A DNA stretch of 57,816 bases, filler included, from Sphacelaria rigidula (taxonomy: Eukaryota), in assembly GCA_964200075.2 (NCBI GenBank). It is 7 parts of 7 records of this genome, joined end to end, with 100 filler letters (N's around TTAATTAATTAA, not from the genome) between each part and the next. Parts side by side here need not be neighbours in the genome. Positions count along the whole stretch, not along the records: positions 1 to 8,175 come from CAXNAA020012023.1; positions 8,276 to 16,449 come from CAXNAA020012024.1; 5 more parts are not named here. One strand, 5' to 3'. The notes beneath the pieces are model-generated. The model was not told the origin of the DNA, did not search any database, and worked only from the letters and a program-made list of their open reading frames with translations. Shown piece after piece: positions 1 to 11,772 of this stretch (within the stretch, counting starts at the first letter, position 1; each line of letters opens with the position of its first letter). Position numbers and translations under genes: made by a program.

Positions 1-16
1 TAATAATAATAATAAC

Positions 17-62
<46 letters not shown>
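1..62. repeat. (TAA)n microsatellite
   Basis: About 20 TAA units with occasional CAA at the contig start. Confidence 0.95.
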
Positions 63-63
<1 letters not shown>

Positions 64-2072
64 GTATAGACACATACTTTGAAAGCCCACAGTTCGTCAA
101 ACAAACACCAGGCGTACACGGCGTACACATCCACTGACCGTTAAATCTCCACTATTTCAAACTCAGAACACGATAATATCATCCAGGACTAAAGGCGCAT
201 ACTGTACAACGGGAAGGCCTCCCCAACCTCCGGCATTCACATTGATTCTAAAATAATTAATGTGGGCGCATGTATTACAAACGCCTACGGAGTGAAGACA
301 CACCTGTCGTTCGCTTCAATATGACGCTCGATCTACTCGGGCGTGCACGGGGATTGACGGACCTCGAGTGAGATTCCGTGTCCGAGTGCGCAGTCCGCTC
401 TGTTGTGCTGCCGGGCCGCGACTTTTTTCGAAAAAGGCCTGAAGGTGGAACATGACCACACGGGGGGTTGATGAGGGGGGCAGCACCCAGGTGCCAAGCG
501 AGGCATATGTCATTGGAACTGCATGATTGACCATAGAAATAATGATTGATCTAGTAATTGATTAATTACTGTACATCAACTGGTGCGCTACGAATAAAGC
601 GGTTGTTGTGATACACATAGACGTGCCCAAGGGACGACTGTATACGCACGGAGAATAGTCCGTTGAAGACACCGCAGAGAATTGAGCAAAAAACTGAAAA
701 AGCGCGCAAGCAAGACACGATGTTTACTTGATCCCCGCTCATTTTTCTGCAAAAAAAAAAAAGCGCCAACAGAAAGGCCACCTGCGCGACAAAGTTCGAG
801 ACATCCCCAAGCATACTAAACACTGGCGGCGGATGTCCTATTGGGAACGGCTTCCTCCCCATACTTGTTTTCCAGGAAAAAAGCACAGGGACGTGCTGGA
901 AAGGATATTTCGATATTTCCTGCATTTGGGTGTCTTGAAAAATCGTACTCTGAGCACCGTAGACGTGGGCAAAGTGTTGAAATCGTACTCAACATAACCC
1001 AGATATTGATTGAATTTTGGAGATCTTACCATCGCAACAGAGCTCGGGAGCGCAAAAACCTGTGTATTTACCATACCCAACACACGCCTTAAAAAATTAC
1101 CGACGCCCCAAAAGTACGAAAATTAACTCACTTAACCCTTTTAGGACTGATCTTCAATAACAAGGGGTTCACCATGTGTTACTGAAGTAATAATAAAAGA
1201 GCCTGGGAGCGACCTGCCCAATCACAGCGAGGCGAAATTTATCGACCACATTCGAACGACCAGTGGGGGCGGGGGGGGCTATCGCCAGGAGTGATGTCAC
1301 TGCCGAGTTTGTGTGTGTACCCTGTCCCTGGCCCACAAAAAAAACTTCGAAGCAAAAGAAAGCTTCGATGGTCGGGGATCTGTTTCTCGTTTTTTTTCAT
1401 TATTTACTTGCATTTTATTTACGTCCTTCCTCCATTCCCCCGAGTTTATTTTGAGTCACCATCCTATAGTAAAACATAGTGATTACACCAACAAAGGGTG
1501 CTCGGGGGAAATACGGGAATAGTGTACCCTACTCAATATGTGGTCCTCTTCACAAGGCAACTAAACTTAGCAACGCCGTGGAACGAGAGACGGAGCCAGA
1601 GGCATGAGTTCTGCGTACCCCGATGCTGAGGCGGTACATAATGCAGTGAGGTCGTATATAGTCAACGGGAACGAGCAAGCTGTGGATAGGCAGCTGATGT
1701 CCGTCGCTGAGAACTGCCCAGAAAACGTGTGAGGGAGTATGCAGCGGCAGCTGCTGCTGCAGTCGGAGAAGCGTACTGTACTGTGTATGCACCGCACGCC
1801 GCAACGCCTGTGCCCTTCGAAGATAATTTGCCGCATGAAACAAAGAGGAAAATCGCGGCCCACCCCAACCAGTCAAGGTGATGGGGACAAAAACAATAGT
1901 ATCATCCCAAGCCGAAAAGTGGCGGGCGGCCCGCCGGTCGCCACATCCTGTTGAAAGCTCTCTATGGCGACTCATACTGCTTGAGACATGCTCGAATGCA
2001 CATTACTTGATGCGCACCTCACCCGAATCACAGCTTGTACCTCCACCTCAAAATAAATTGGATGAAACTTTG

Positions 2073-2310
2073 CACACGTCGGACAGCTCATGAGCTACCG
2101 AAAATAAAAAATCGAAGGGGACTCTCAGATTGCTCAACCAAAAACACAAGTTACGTGACAGCAGGGCCCGAGAAGACAAAGCGCTACCTTTGCGCTTCTC
2201 CGCGTGCTCGGTGTCCAGCGCTGTAGGGAGAAAATATGGAAAAAGCGATCACATGGGCTAGCTCGTGATCCGGGTCAGTACACTAATAATAAGTAATATT
2301 CCGACATGTG
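2073..2310. mobile_element. MITE with 8-bp TSD (hAT/P-like), family H
   Basis: Termini CACACGTCGGA...TCCGACATGTG. Perfect flanking duplication AAACTTTG at 2065-2072 and 2311-2318. Related copies at 28132-28391 and about 54845-55123. Confidence 0.75.
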
Positions 2311-4411
2311 AAACTTTGAGTCATCCCTCTGACCCTGTGGTTACATACGTGGATTTTCAGCAACATTAAGGCCACTGTTTCGTGCAGACGCCAGACAAGT
2401 CATTCCTAACCAGCCTCATTGGTCTTTCTGGAGGCCCAGTCCCGTGAGCGTTAACCCTTTGACAGCGAGCCCCCCGCAGGTGGAGTGAGTTGGAGTATGC
2501 CACTGTTGGGGTTCAGAATCATTCCTTTGCCAGAACACAAAACGCCTGTTTCTGGAACATGTGGATATTTGTCATGATTGATTGATTGTCGCACTTTAAC
2601 TGATCCCCCAGGGGTCCAGCAGTGGTCTCATGATAGACGTATCCAAGAAAAACGAAACTGAAACACGCCCTGAGAAAAAGAAGGAGCAGAAAAAAGAGAG
2701 GTCATTTATATAGAAAATAGTCCCGGAGAACCCCTGACCACTTTTGACTCTGCCGTCAATTGCATGCAGAGTCGGTATGTATGTGTGCTTCATGTCTTTC
2801 ACTGGGTACAACGGCAAGAGGCAATACAAGTGTGCCATCGCTCTCAACTGAAAAACGATTCACTGCATGCTGCTGATGCCTCTGCCTGTAGTGCTCGAAA
2901 ACCACACTACTGCAGACAGTGTGAAGCTATTCTGGCACGAGTGAGGGGTCAGGCAGGCGGTGTAGACCACGAGCAAAATACAAAACAAGTTATTTGAACC
3001 CATTTAATCCATGGTTGATTTCCCATGACCAAAATGAGTCGTAGGCATAGACAACGGATTAGTTCAATGTAGTCCACCCGAACCGGAAGAATGTGCTCAT
3101 TTTGACGGCCGTGATTGGTCAGAATGGGCATCCCGCGCCTGTCGGCCCTCGTGCACGACTCATAACTTTCTGCGGAAAACTGTCGAACACACATGGTTGA
3201 CGTTTGTGAGCTTTTCGGCTCCTCTGCGGACAGACACCGCCCCCCCCTTAACAACCACACCCCCCGGCCTCTGGAAACCCCCTAATATCTTTGGACTGTC
3301 AGCCTGTGAAGCTGTTCCGAGGCGACGCTCGCTGTGCAAGGGTAAATATAACGTTTCAACACATTTTTCAAGTAATATATGACTACAAAGGTAGCAGTGG
3401 CTGTCCATCCCGATTTTTTTCATTGACGTACATCAATCGGTCAAAACAACTCAACAAGGATAAAGAGCGGAATGAGTAAACAAAAACACCGACATTTCAA
3501 AGCGTACCAGAAAAACAATCGGCAGGGGGGTATCGAACAAAAAAAAAAAAATCTCGAAAAAAAAAATACCTGGTATGTACTGAACCGCTTCGCTCCATCT
3601 GATTTTTTCTTCAACAACAAGTAAATAAACGAAAGCGCACACACCGTGTTTATTATCTCTCTTCATCTTATCGTTGTGTTTTTCATTGTTTCTGGTTCTC
3701 CTCCTTTCCTTTCCATTGTTTTTTTGCTTGATCTTGTTCTTGTTTCTATTGCTTTCGTTTTTGTTTTTTGTTCTGCAGCTTGCCCCGTTCTGTCTGTTTC
3801 ATATTTCCATTTTCCCACTTTTATTCTTCTTTAGCGAGAATTTCCGGTTTATTCACCTTGGGTACGTCCATCTTGCGGATAATAACCACAGCTTGGTTCC
3901 AAGGGGATCAGTTCATGTGCAACAATCAGCCAATCAAATAAAGACACGCACAACGAGCAAACAACGACCAAGAAAAGGAAAACCGAACCTGTCCCGGCCC
4001 CCCGCGCGCCCAGTAACAAAATTGAACATCTCAAAATAAAATGTTGCTACCTCCCCGTCGGCGGTGCACCGAAGCACGGGCGACCATGCTCCCATCCGTA
4101 CTGTGCTCTCTAGATTCGGCCATGCGCGCGATGTCGTTCTTCGATCTCCGTCGACCGAACTTTTCAGTTGACGCCATTGGTACCAACACAGAATAAAAAA
4201 TCACACGGAGAGAACAGGGTCCAAGCAGATAACAGAGGAATCGGGGAAGGGGGGGGGGGGCGTCAGCATGTGCTGCTATCATTTGGGCCGTACTCACGAT
4301 TTTGTTTTTAAACTGGCTAAGAGCACATGATCGTTAAGTTACGATTTTGAGTTCAAATCTCGACCTCGTCCAAGAAAAGTAAACCAAACACTGCGTGTGT
4401 TCTAAATATTC

Positions 4412-4667
4412 CACGGTTGGGACGAATCATCACGACTAAGAATCACTAAATTCACGATTTCTTCGGCCTGATTGCCCAAGAGGGAGGAAAAAATTGATCG
4501 CTGGTCCAAGGGGTATCCACGCAACTTTGCGCAATTCCACGTGTATGGGCTGCGTGTACCTGGGTTGCAACGCTGATATAAGGCCTAGGGACTGATTCGT
4601 CACGAGTCGAATCAAGTATACTAAAACCAAGTAATTTACAGACGAATCATTATTTGTTCGACCCCTG
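4412..4667. mobile_element. hAT-like MITE, family C
   Basis: Termini CACGGTTGGGACGAATCA...TTGTTCGACCCCTG. Degenerate 8-bp TSD (AAATATTC/AGATATTA). Homologous to 27854-28112 and 8012-8175. Confidence 0.65.
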
Positions 4668-5760
4668 AGATATTAACGTTGGCATAGACAGGTAATACTC
4701 TAGCTCGGGCGTTTCGGAGATGTTTTTTTCTATTCCCTTTCATGCCGCCCATATTGTACCGACCTACCAGACCAGCAGGTTTCCGTATTGACTGTATTGA
4801 AATTTTGGATCTTTGGTCGAGTGCAAAACAAGCAATCCTGTATCGTTGGTACTGTCCTCCATGACACTTGGTCTCAACTGCGGGGCCGGTCTCTTTAGCA
4901 TAACATTGTTTTTCCATCATCAAAATTCAATTGTTCAATTATTCCGAAGCCCCTTTGAAAGCCTCTTGGTACAGCATCCGACTCAAGTTTGGTCGTTCGA
5001 AGGGTCAAACCCTGTCAGCGCCGGGGTGGGTCATCTGGGTCTCACGTTCATTCTTCCCGTGAAAATAATGCCGATTCAACAGATGATCCACCCCTCTGGT
5101 GATCAGCGGTTGTACACTTTTGGCGTCGGAGCCCTCAGGCGAACCCTATATAGACCCTAGATGACGCCTCCAAGAACGCGCTAATAATGGCGATTTCGGC
5201 TATATTAAAAACGCCATATTACACGGGTGACAGGCGCGGGACTCCGGACTGCGGAAGAGGGTGTCATCGGGAGTCAGTGAGTGATAGAAAAAAAAGTAGT
5301 CAAGAACCAAGATCATCACCGAATAATACACTGCTTGCTACTTGGATACGTACGTCATTTTCACAACCCCGGCGCCAAAAGAGGAATCGAACACAGGACC
5401 ATGACATACATCCACGTCACATTTGCACAGCTTCCCCTGCTGGCTGATGACAACTCTCAGTGGAACTACAGGTGGGTAATAGAACCGTGACGGGGAACAC
5501 CGTGCGGAGTTTTGTCTTGACTTCTCCGATGGCGACCCCCATCGAAACACCCTCGAAGCTTAGTCGCACAGCAAATTGCCCGAGTAAAACACAGGCAGGC
5601 AAAAATCTCCGTCCAGCCGTTGTGGGGTCATCGTCACTCATCATTTTTTTATACAAGCGTATGCACGGCGGTCCCAGTATCTTTTGTCGGCAGGCCGCTG
5701 TACTACTGTATGTCAACTGTCTTTTTGCACTCTATGCAGCAGACAGGCAGTACAGTACTG

Positions 5761-6007
5761 CCAGGGTGTATTGGGTAAGGTTTATCCTCTATTTGGGTAT
5801 TTTGAAAATTCGTACTCTAAGCACCCAAAGCTCGGGGAGAGTACGACGAATTCAGATCATACTCTGCAGCACCCAGATATTGGATAGAGTATTGCGATCG
5901 TACCTAACTCTACCCAGTAGTCGGGTACAGCTTGGAAATCGGACCATGGCAACAAAAAAATCGGCAGAGTAAATACCGGGGTATTTACCCTGCCCAACAC
6001 ACCTCTG
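5761..6007. mobile_element. MITE with imperfect TIRs, family D
   Basis: CCAGGGTGTATTGGGTAAGGT...ACCCTGCCCAACACACCTCTG. Flanks CAGTACTG/CATTATTG. Related copy at about 886-1090. Confidence 0.55.
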
Positions 6008-7699
6008 CATTATTGTTCAACCTGTGCTTGATGTTCAAAACTGAAGGAACATGGTACTGACCTCACGGTATGCACATATCCGGCGCTCAAGGAGTTAATC
6101 CTTTGACCGCCGAAGGTGTCCATCGGAGGAATCGGCATCATTTTTCTCTTGAAAAAAGAGAGCAAATGATATCACCAAACAAAACGGATACCTCTTGCGG
6201 TCAAAGAGGTACATCATCTAGTCATGCGGGCATACTCCACTTCAAATGGATACTAATTCAACATGTGACCTATTCTACCAGTCAGAGGGATAACGCTTAG
6301 ACAGAGAGCGTCTCCTCGGAACAGCGTCACAGACTGACAGTCCAAGGACATCCGAGGGTTCCCAGGAGGCGGGGGGGCGTACTCATTTGTTGCTTGCCTT
6401 AGTCGTTTGACCATTGACCACGCATCCCTTTCGAGACGGCACGGGGCGGGGGGGGGGGGAGAGTTGACAGGGGCCGGGGGTCTGTGCGCAGAACAGCCGA
6501 ACAACCCCACTAAGTCAACCATATGTGTTTGGAAGTTTCTCACGGAAAATTCCAAGTGAGGAATGAGGTTCCCCTACAGGTGGACAAACTTCGCTGTCTA
6601 GCAGTATTTCCACTTTTGGTCATGACAATTTAGCCATAAATAACAGAGGCACACATAACGTGCTTCTTACTCTGTCCGTGGTATATGCTACCTGCCTGGT
6701 CCCTCATGTGTTGCCAAGCGTAGCTTCACACCGTCTGTAGTGTTGTTGTGCAACACTAAGCTGATACATCAGCAGGATGCAGTAGACCATGTTCAGTGAA
6801 GGGCGATGGTACGCTCACTGTTTCTGACCGTACATGCAGCACACATACTGACTCTGCACGCAATTGACTGCAGCGTCAAAACCGGTCGGGGGTTCTCCAG
6901 AACTGTTTTCTATACAGATGGCCAACATCCACGTATTCATGGAAAAAGGCGTTTTGTGTAGCGAGAAAAGAGCCGTCTGAACCCAAAACGTAGCATAGTC
7001 CATCTCAGTCCACCTGCGGGGGGGGTGGGGGTGGGGGGGGGGTCGCTGTATAATGGTAAGCTTGAAGTAAAAACTCATTCGGAGCAACGGATCACGGGTT
7101 TGATCCCACCAGCCACGCACCAGTGTCGTCCCCTTTAAATGATATGGGGGCTCTTACGCCCTTCAGCTCCATTCTAACTTCGGTACAAATGATAAAGAGA
7201 AGAACGAAGACAGCCCAATTTATTTGCCCGCGCCAGTCCGCGCCGCGAACACCAGACTTTCAAAACTCACGTTCTACAGCACTGTGACCCCAAGAGCTCA
7301 TCGGCCAAGTCAAGGTAGGCAGACCACCAATGTCATCGAGTAAAAAGCCAGCAACCACTCGACCGAGAGTTGATACTGGTAGAAGAGCACAACGGCAACC
7401 ACCCTCGTGGCTGTCGGATATTTGCGACGTCTTCACCGAAGCTTTGGTATTATCTGCAGTGGGACCTTGTCCCCTGGCCAGGTGGCGGTGCAGCAGTCGT
7501 TGGAAGGAGCGACAGCTCGCACTTATACAGCAACTCGGCAAGCTCTCGCTCGAGATGGTACGGGAACAAATAACCCACCAACCTCATTCGTATACGAAGC
7601 CTGGGAGGCGCTTGTCGGCTGTGCCGCTTCGATCATTCACACATGAGCGAGATTTGTTTTTTACAAGATAGCTGGGGAGGTCTACCACCGGCTTCCTAG

Positions 7700-8011
7700 T
7701 GCGTGTGTGTTGTCGTCCCATCTATTCTGGACGTCGGTCTACACCTTTCGGTATGTGTGAGTGCACCAGCCGGGGTCACACAGGAGGGAGCCCAACCCCA
7801 GAGTTTCTTTTTCTGGGCCTCCACCTTCCTTCTGCAGTGCTTGCCTTTATCTTTTACCGCCAGGGGGGTTCAGCAGCCCCTTTCCCTCGTCGACTGTTGG
7901 ATCGTACTTTGTGTACCCACGACAAGATCGCTCTCCACTACTGAGCACTGTGTGAGAAAAAATTCAGATCGTTCCAAGATTCGAACCCACGACCCAACCG
8001 TCAGAGGGTTT
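7700..8011 (-). mobile_element. tRNA-derived SINE copy, 5' end cut by a family-C MITE
   Basis: Reverse-complement match to 33174-33552. B-box GGTTCGAATC at 7978-7987 (minus). CA-rich tail near 7700. Confidence 0.65.
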
Positions 8012-8175
8012 CAAGGGTCGGACAAATCAATGATTCATCTAGAAATTACTTGGTTTTAGTGCAATTTATTCGAATCGTACGAACCAATCCCTAGGCTTTG
8101 TTTTCAGCGTTGCAACCCAGGTACACGGAGCCCAGACACGTGGGATGGCGGAAAAGTTGCGTGGATATCCCTTGG
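8012..8175. mobile_element. hAT-like MITE family C, truncated by contig end
   Basis: Begins CAAGGGTCGGACAAATCAATGATTC. Reverse-complement homolog of 4412-4667 and 27854-28112. Confidence 0.6.
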
Positions 8176-8275
8176 NNNNNNNNNNNNNNNNNNNNNNNNN
8201 NNNNNNNNNNNNNNNNNNNTTAATTAATTAANNNNNNNNNNNNNNNNNNNNNNNNNNNNNNNNNNNNNNNNNNNN
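8176..8275. other. Artificial contig linker (44N-TTAATTAATTAA-44N)
   Basis: Identical 100-bp linker also at 16450-16549, 24724-24823, 32998-33097, 41271-41370 and 49544-49643. It gives stops in all six frames. Confidence 0.98.
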
Positions 8276-8396
8276 AAATAACGGTCCAGAAGGCGTTCAC
8301 CCGTCGTGCGCAGCCAACGTACACTCTGCCCATGATACTCCTAGCTCGAGGAACGTCGGTCTACCTTGCGCGCGCCGGGGGGGTGGGTGGGGGGGT

Positions 8397-8605
8397 GGTA
8401 CTCATGATTTTGCATGCCGTAGTCATAGGACCATTCACCTCGCATCCCTACAAAGCCGGGACGGAGCACGCCGCGCTTTCGCCGGACCAGGTTCGTAATC
8501 AATCATTAGGCGCGAAGCGCCGTCATGTTTTCGGCGAGTCGCGTGAAGGGTGAGCTGCATTTTGCTAAGATTGTTCGGCCCGAAGCGTACTGATTATCTT
8601 GCATA
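8397..8605 (+). repeat. Interspersed repeat family A (class unknown)
   Basis: Core CCTCGCATCCCTACAAAGCCGGGACGGAGCACGCC...CCGGACCAGG. Copies at about 11390-11670(-), 26152-26345(+), 29340-29442(+), 51660-51960(-), with distal parts at 41218-41270 and 57700-57816. Confidence 0.8.
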
Positions 8606-11158
8606 TGGTCGACCGTGGGGGGGGGGCAGGGAGAGGAAATGCCTATGCTTTATTTCGTACAAAAACGAAAATCGAGCTGAGCATAAACAAAAGTAAACAC
8701 GATGTGGAAAAAGACAAAATTATCTGAGGATTAGTGCAGAAACCGTATTTTTTCATGTCCAGCTGTATTTCTGTTCGGAGGCCATGCTCCAAACCCTCGG
8801 AGCCAAGCGAATCGGAAAAGTGGGCTAGACTCCTCTCAATGAGGTGACACAAAGTGTCCGAGGATGTGATGGCGATATTCCTTGGTTGGGGGCTAAAAAC
8901 GCGTTTGGTTTACCACCTGGGAGGGTGGGATATTTCTCGGAAAAAATTAATTTCGAACAAACTGCAACATTGACACTAATCCTAACCCTAATTCCAACGA
9001 GGGCACACCGAGAAGCCTCGGGCGAGGGGGTGCAAAGTGTATCCTAGGAAAAGTGTGCGTTGCCAGACCTCAAATCGGCGCCTGGGGCGCCGATTTCGAC
9101 AAAAACGCGTTTTGCGCACGCTAGGAGCACGCTTGGAGCACAGCCCCAGTAAAGATCCGGATTTCGTTGTCCAAAATAAAAGCAACTCGGACTGAAAATC
9201 AACCATGGGACCCTCCCAAGTGGTAAACTAAAGGGGTAAAGACCGTGTCAAATGTCCCAAGACTGAAAAATATGCCCCTGCCCCCCTTCCCCCCCCCCCT
9301 CAAAAACAATCGTGAGAAATGGTACAAGGACTCGAAATTTCGACGACACGAGAAACAAGATTTGACGAAAAAAATGGCAAGGAAAAACGCAAAACATGAG
9401 CAATCGTCGCCGCTGTAGTGCTTCTAATGCTTGTGCCAAGAGGTCATAAATCTCTCCGCTCCCTGCAGCACCCCCGCGTGCCTCCTCTGCGGACGACAAC
9501 CGACGGACGTTCGGAGATGAAGGTGTCCTCTAGCCCGAAGCAGCGAAGAAGGAAGGGGGGGTACCATGGCGCGCGGGGGTGCTGCAGGGAGCGGAGATGT
9601 TGATGATCTCTTGGCTCAAGAATGAGGAGGAGGCCAGCCGAATACGTGCGACTAAACGGGATGAACAAAACCACAACAGTAGTGACCATGTCTCAGAAAA
9701 GGGAAGGGGATAACCAAGGGAATACGCGAAGAAAGGTTGACATTGAGGATATCAGTGCGGCCGAGGAGGGCAGGAAGGGGATGGAAGTTCGCGTAGGCAG
9801 CTTGTTCCGAACTGAACATGGCAGAGGTGGCAAGACTCCCCATCACCTCCCCGGGTCTCCCCTTTTCCTACCGATTGCTGCCTTCCACGTGGTGATTTTC
9901 CTGTTATGCCTAGTGTAGTCGTACATATGGCTGTCCCTCTAGACGTACAAGGATAGAGCCCTGCGATTCATATCGCTATGATTGGGGATCCTGTTCCTGA
10001 CCTTGGCTCCATTTTTTTTTATCTATCCTCGTACCATTGGGCCCTGCCTTCAATAGCCCGAATGGTCGCCCGCGGCACCGTAACTTATGGCGCTAGCAGT
10101 ATCTTTTTGTCTCGCGTCTGTGTTAATTTTTCCGGGTCTGATTTTATGTTTTCGCTTTCCTTTTACTTTTTTATTTTGTATTAAGCCTGTGACCACGGAA
10201 GGCGTCCGCATCGGATGCTCAGGATAGAGTACGGCGCAGATTTCGGAACGGTTTTTAATGTGAAGACAACAACAATCGCGGTGGGAATAAAAATCACCTC
10301 AGGACGAAAATAATGACTACTGTCTCATGTCATGTCCATTCGTAAAAAATATCAGATATTTCAGCAAACATCTCGTACGTTAGTGTCTGAGATGTTGCAC
10401 TATAGGCCATGCTCGGGCGTAGTCAAGAAACCCACACACGCAAAACACACGAGATTTATTGCTTTTCTTTCGAATTGCCTTCTTCATTAATATTTTCGGG
10501 TCCGAAGGCAAGAGAGAGAGAGAGACGACTGCTTGCAGGGCACGATATCTAAACCCTTCTGCCATAGACTATCGTGTCTCTGCTCATGAATACTGTCTCT
10601 CTCTCCCCCTTAGAACAACCAGGGGGACACATAAACGCTCCTAATGTACGTGAAAATGTCAAACGACCAAGTCCCCAAATGGTACTCTACCATTCCTTCA
10701 CCCTATATCAAGCAATTCCTCTTCCTTCCCTTCCACCTTCGAAAGAAAACGGGTGGGTGGGCGGTCAAAAGGCGCACCTAATCGATAAAACTTGTTGGCC
10801 CCTGTCAAACTGGCCCAACTCCTTCTATGCTCTCTCTGTCCACCTTTTGTGTCTCCAACCTACGCTGATTTGCGTCTCCTTGTTTTGACTGTCCGTGGAC
10901 TTTCCCGCAAAGTGAACGCTTGGGGCTGACTTTTCAACTGTTCCTCCGTGACCCTAAAAGAGCGGCTGAACTAATAGACACCTCTTTGGCCAATTCGATG
11001 TTTGCAATAAACGACGGTTTGTTTCTTTCTGAACAAACCTCCCCTTCCATCACCCAACCTATCTATCTTTCTATTCCAACACGAATTGAAGATTGACCGT
11101 GCTCCAAACGGGCTTCATCGAACGCAGAAATATATCGAAACAACTTCACCAGGCGTAC

Positions 11159-11221
11159 CTGAAATCGAAAGAGCAGCTCGAGCATCTCAAAGACGAGAGA
11201 GTTCACCTCCTGATCGGGAGC
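11159..11221 (-). CDS. SECISBP2: SECIS-binding protein 2, next exon (APDQEVNSLVFEMLELLFRFQ)
   Basis: tgtgcag acceptor and gtacgc donor, 63 nt, phase 0/0. Joined to the upstream exon it gives RMYVDQ-APDQEVNSLVFEMLELLFRFQ, matching the SBP2 segment before the L7Ae fold (human RDYCSQMLSKEVDACVTDLLKELVRFQ, recalled). Confidence 0.85.
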
Positions 11222-11772
11222 CTGCACACATATATACACACGAACACACCATCGGAGAATGGATAAAGCGGGGGGGAAACTAACAAGCAAGGAAGCACAC
11301 CAACGCAAGGATCATTCGCCGACGCCGACGCTCTCACACGCCGACTATTCAGCAAGAGGTTGCTCAACATGGATATCTCTGCTGTCAACACCTTAAAAAT
11401 TCCTACCTCCGAAAAAAAAAGGTTGACCACCCATCTCTGGCCGATGCACAATGGTCTGATCGACTGCTGAGGAACCGCAAAGATCATCTCCCGCCCCTCC
11501 CTCCCCATCACCCTTTATCCGACTCGCCAAACACATCACGGCGCTTCGCGCTTTGTAATCGCGAGCCTGGTCCGGCGAAAAGTCGGCGTGATCCGTCCCG
11601 GCTTTGTAGGGATGCGAGATCAACGGTCCTATTTCTACGGCATACAAAATCGAGAGTACATTCCCCACCCCCCGGTCCTTCCTGTGGGACGCAGCTCTCC
11701 TCGATCTTCTACCCCCGCCCCCGCAACTCACGGGAAATACTCGCCAACACGGGTACCGGCCGTGTGACTTAC

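Noticed and set aside
8220-8231. Recurrent TTAATTAATTAA as a biological motif or regularly spaced repeat
   Set aside because: Always centred in 44+44 Ns; it is an assembly linker.
8276-11158. L7Ae-encoding SBP2 exons or a SECIS element
   Set aside because: No matching exon found by eye, so they probably lie on another contig. A SECIS cannot be supported without a covariance search.
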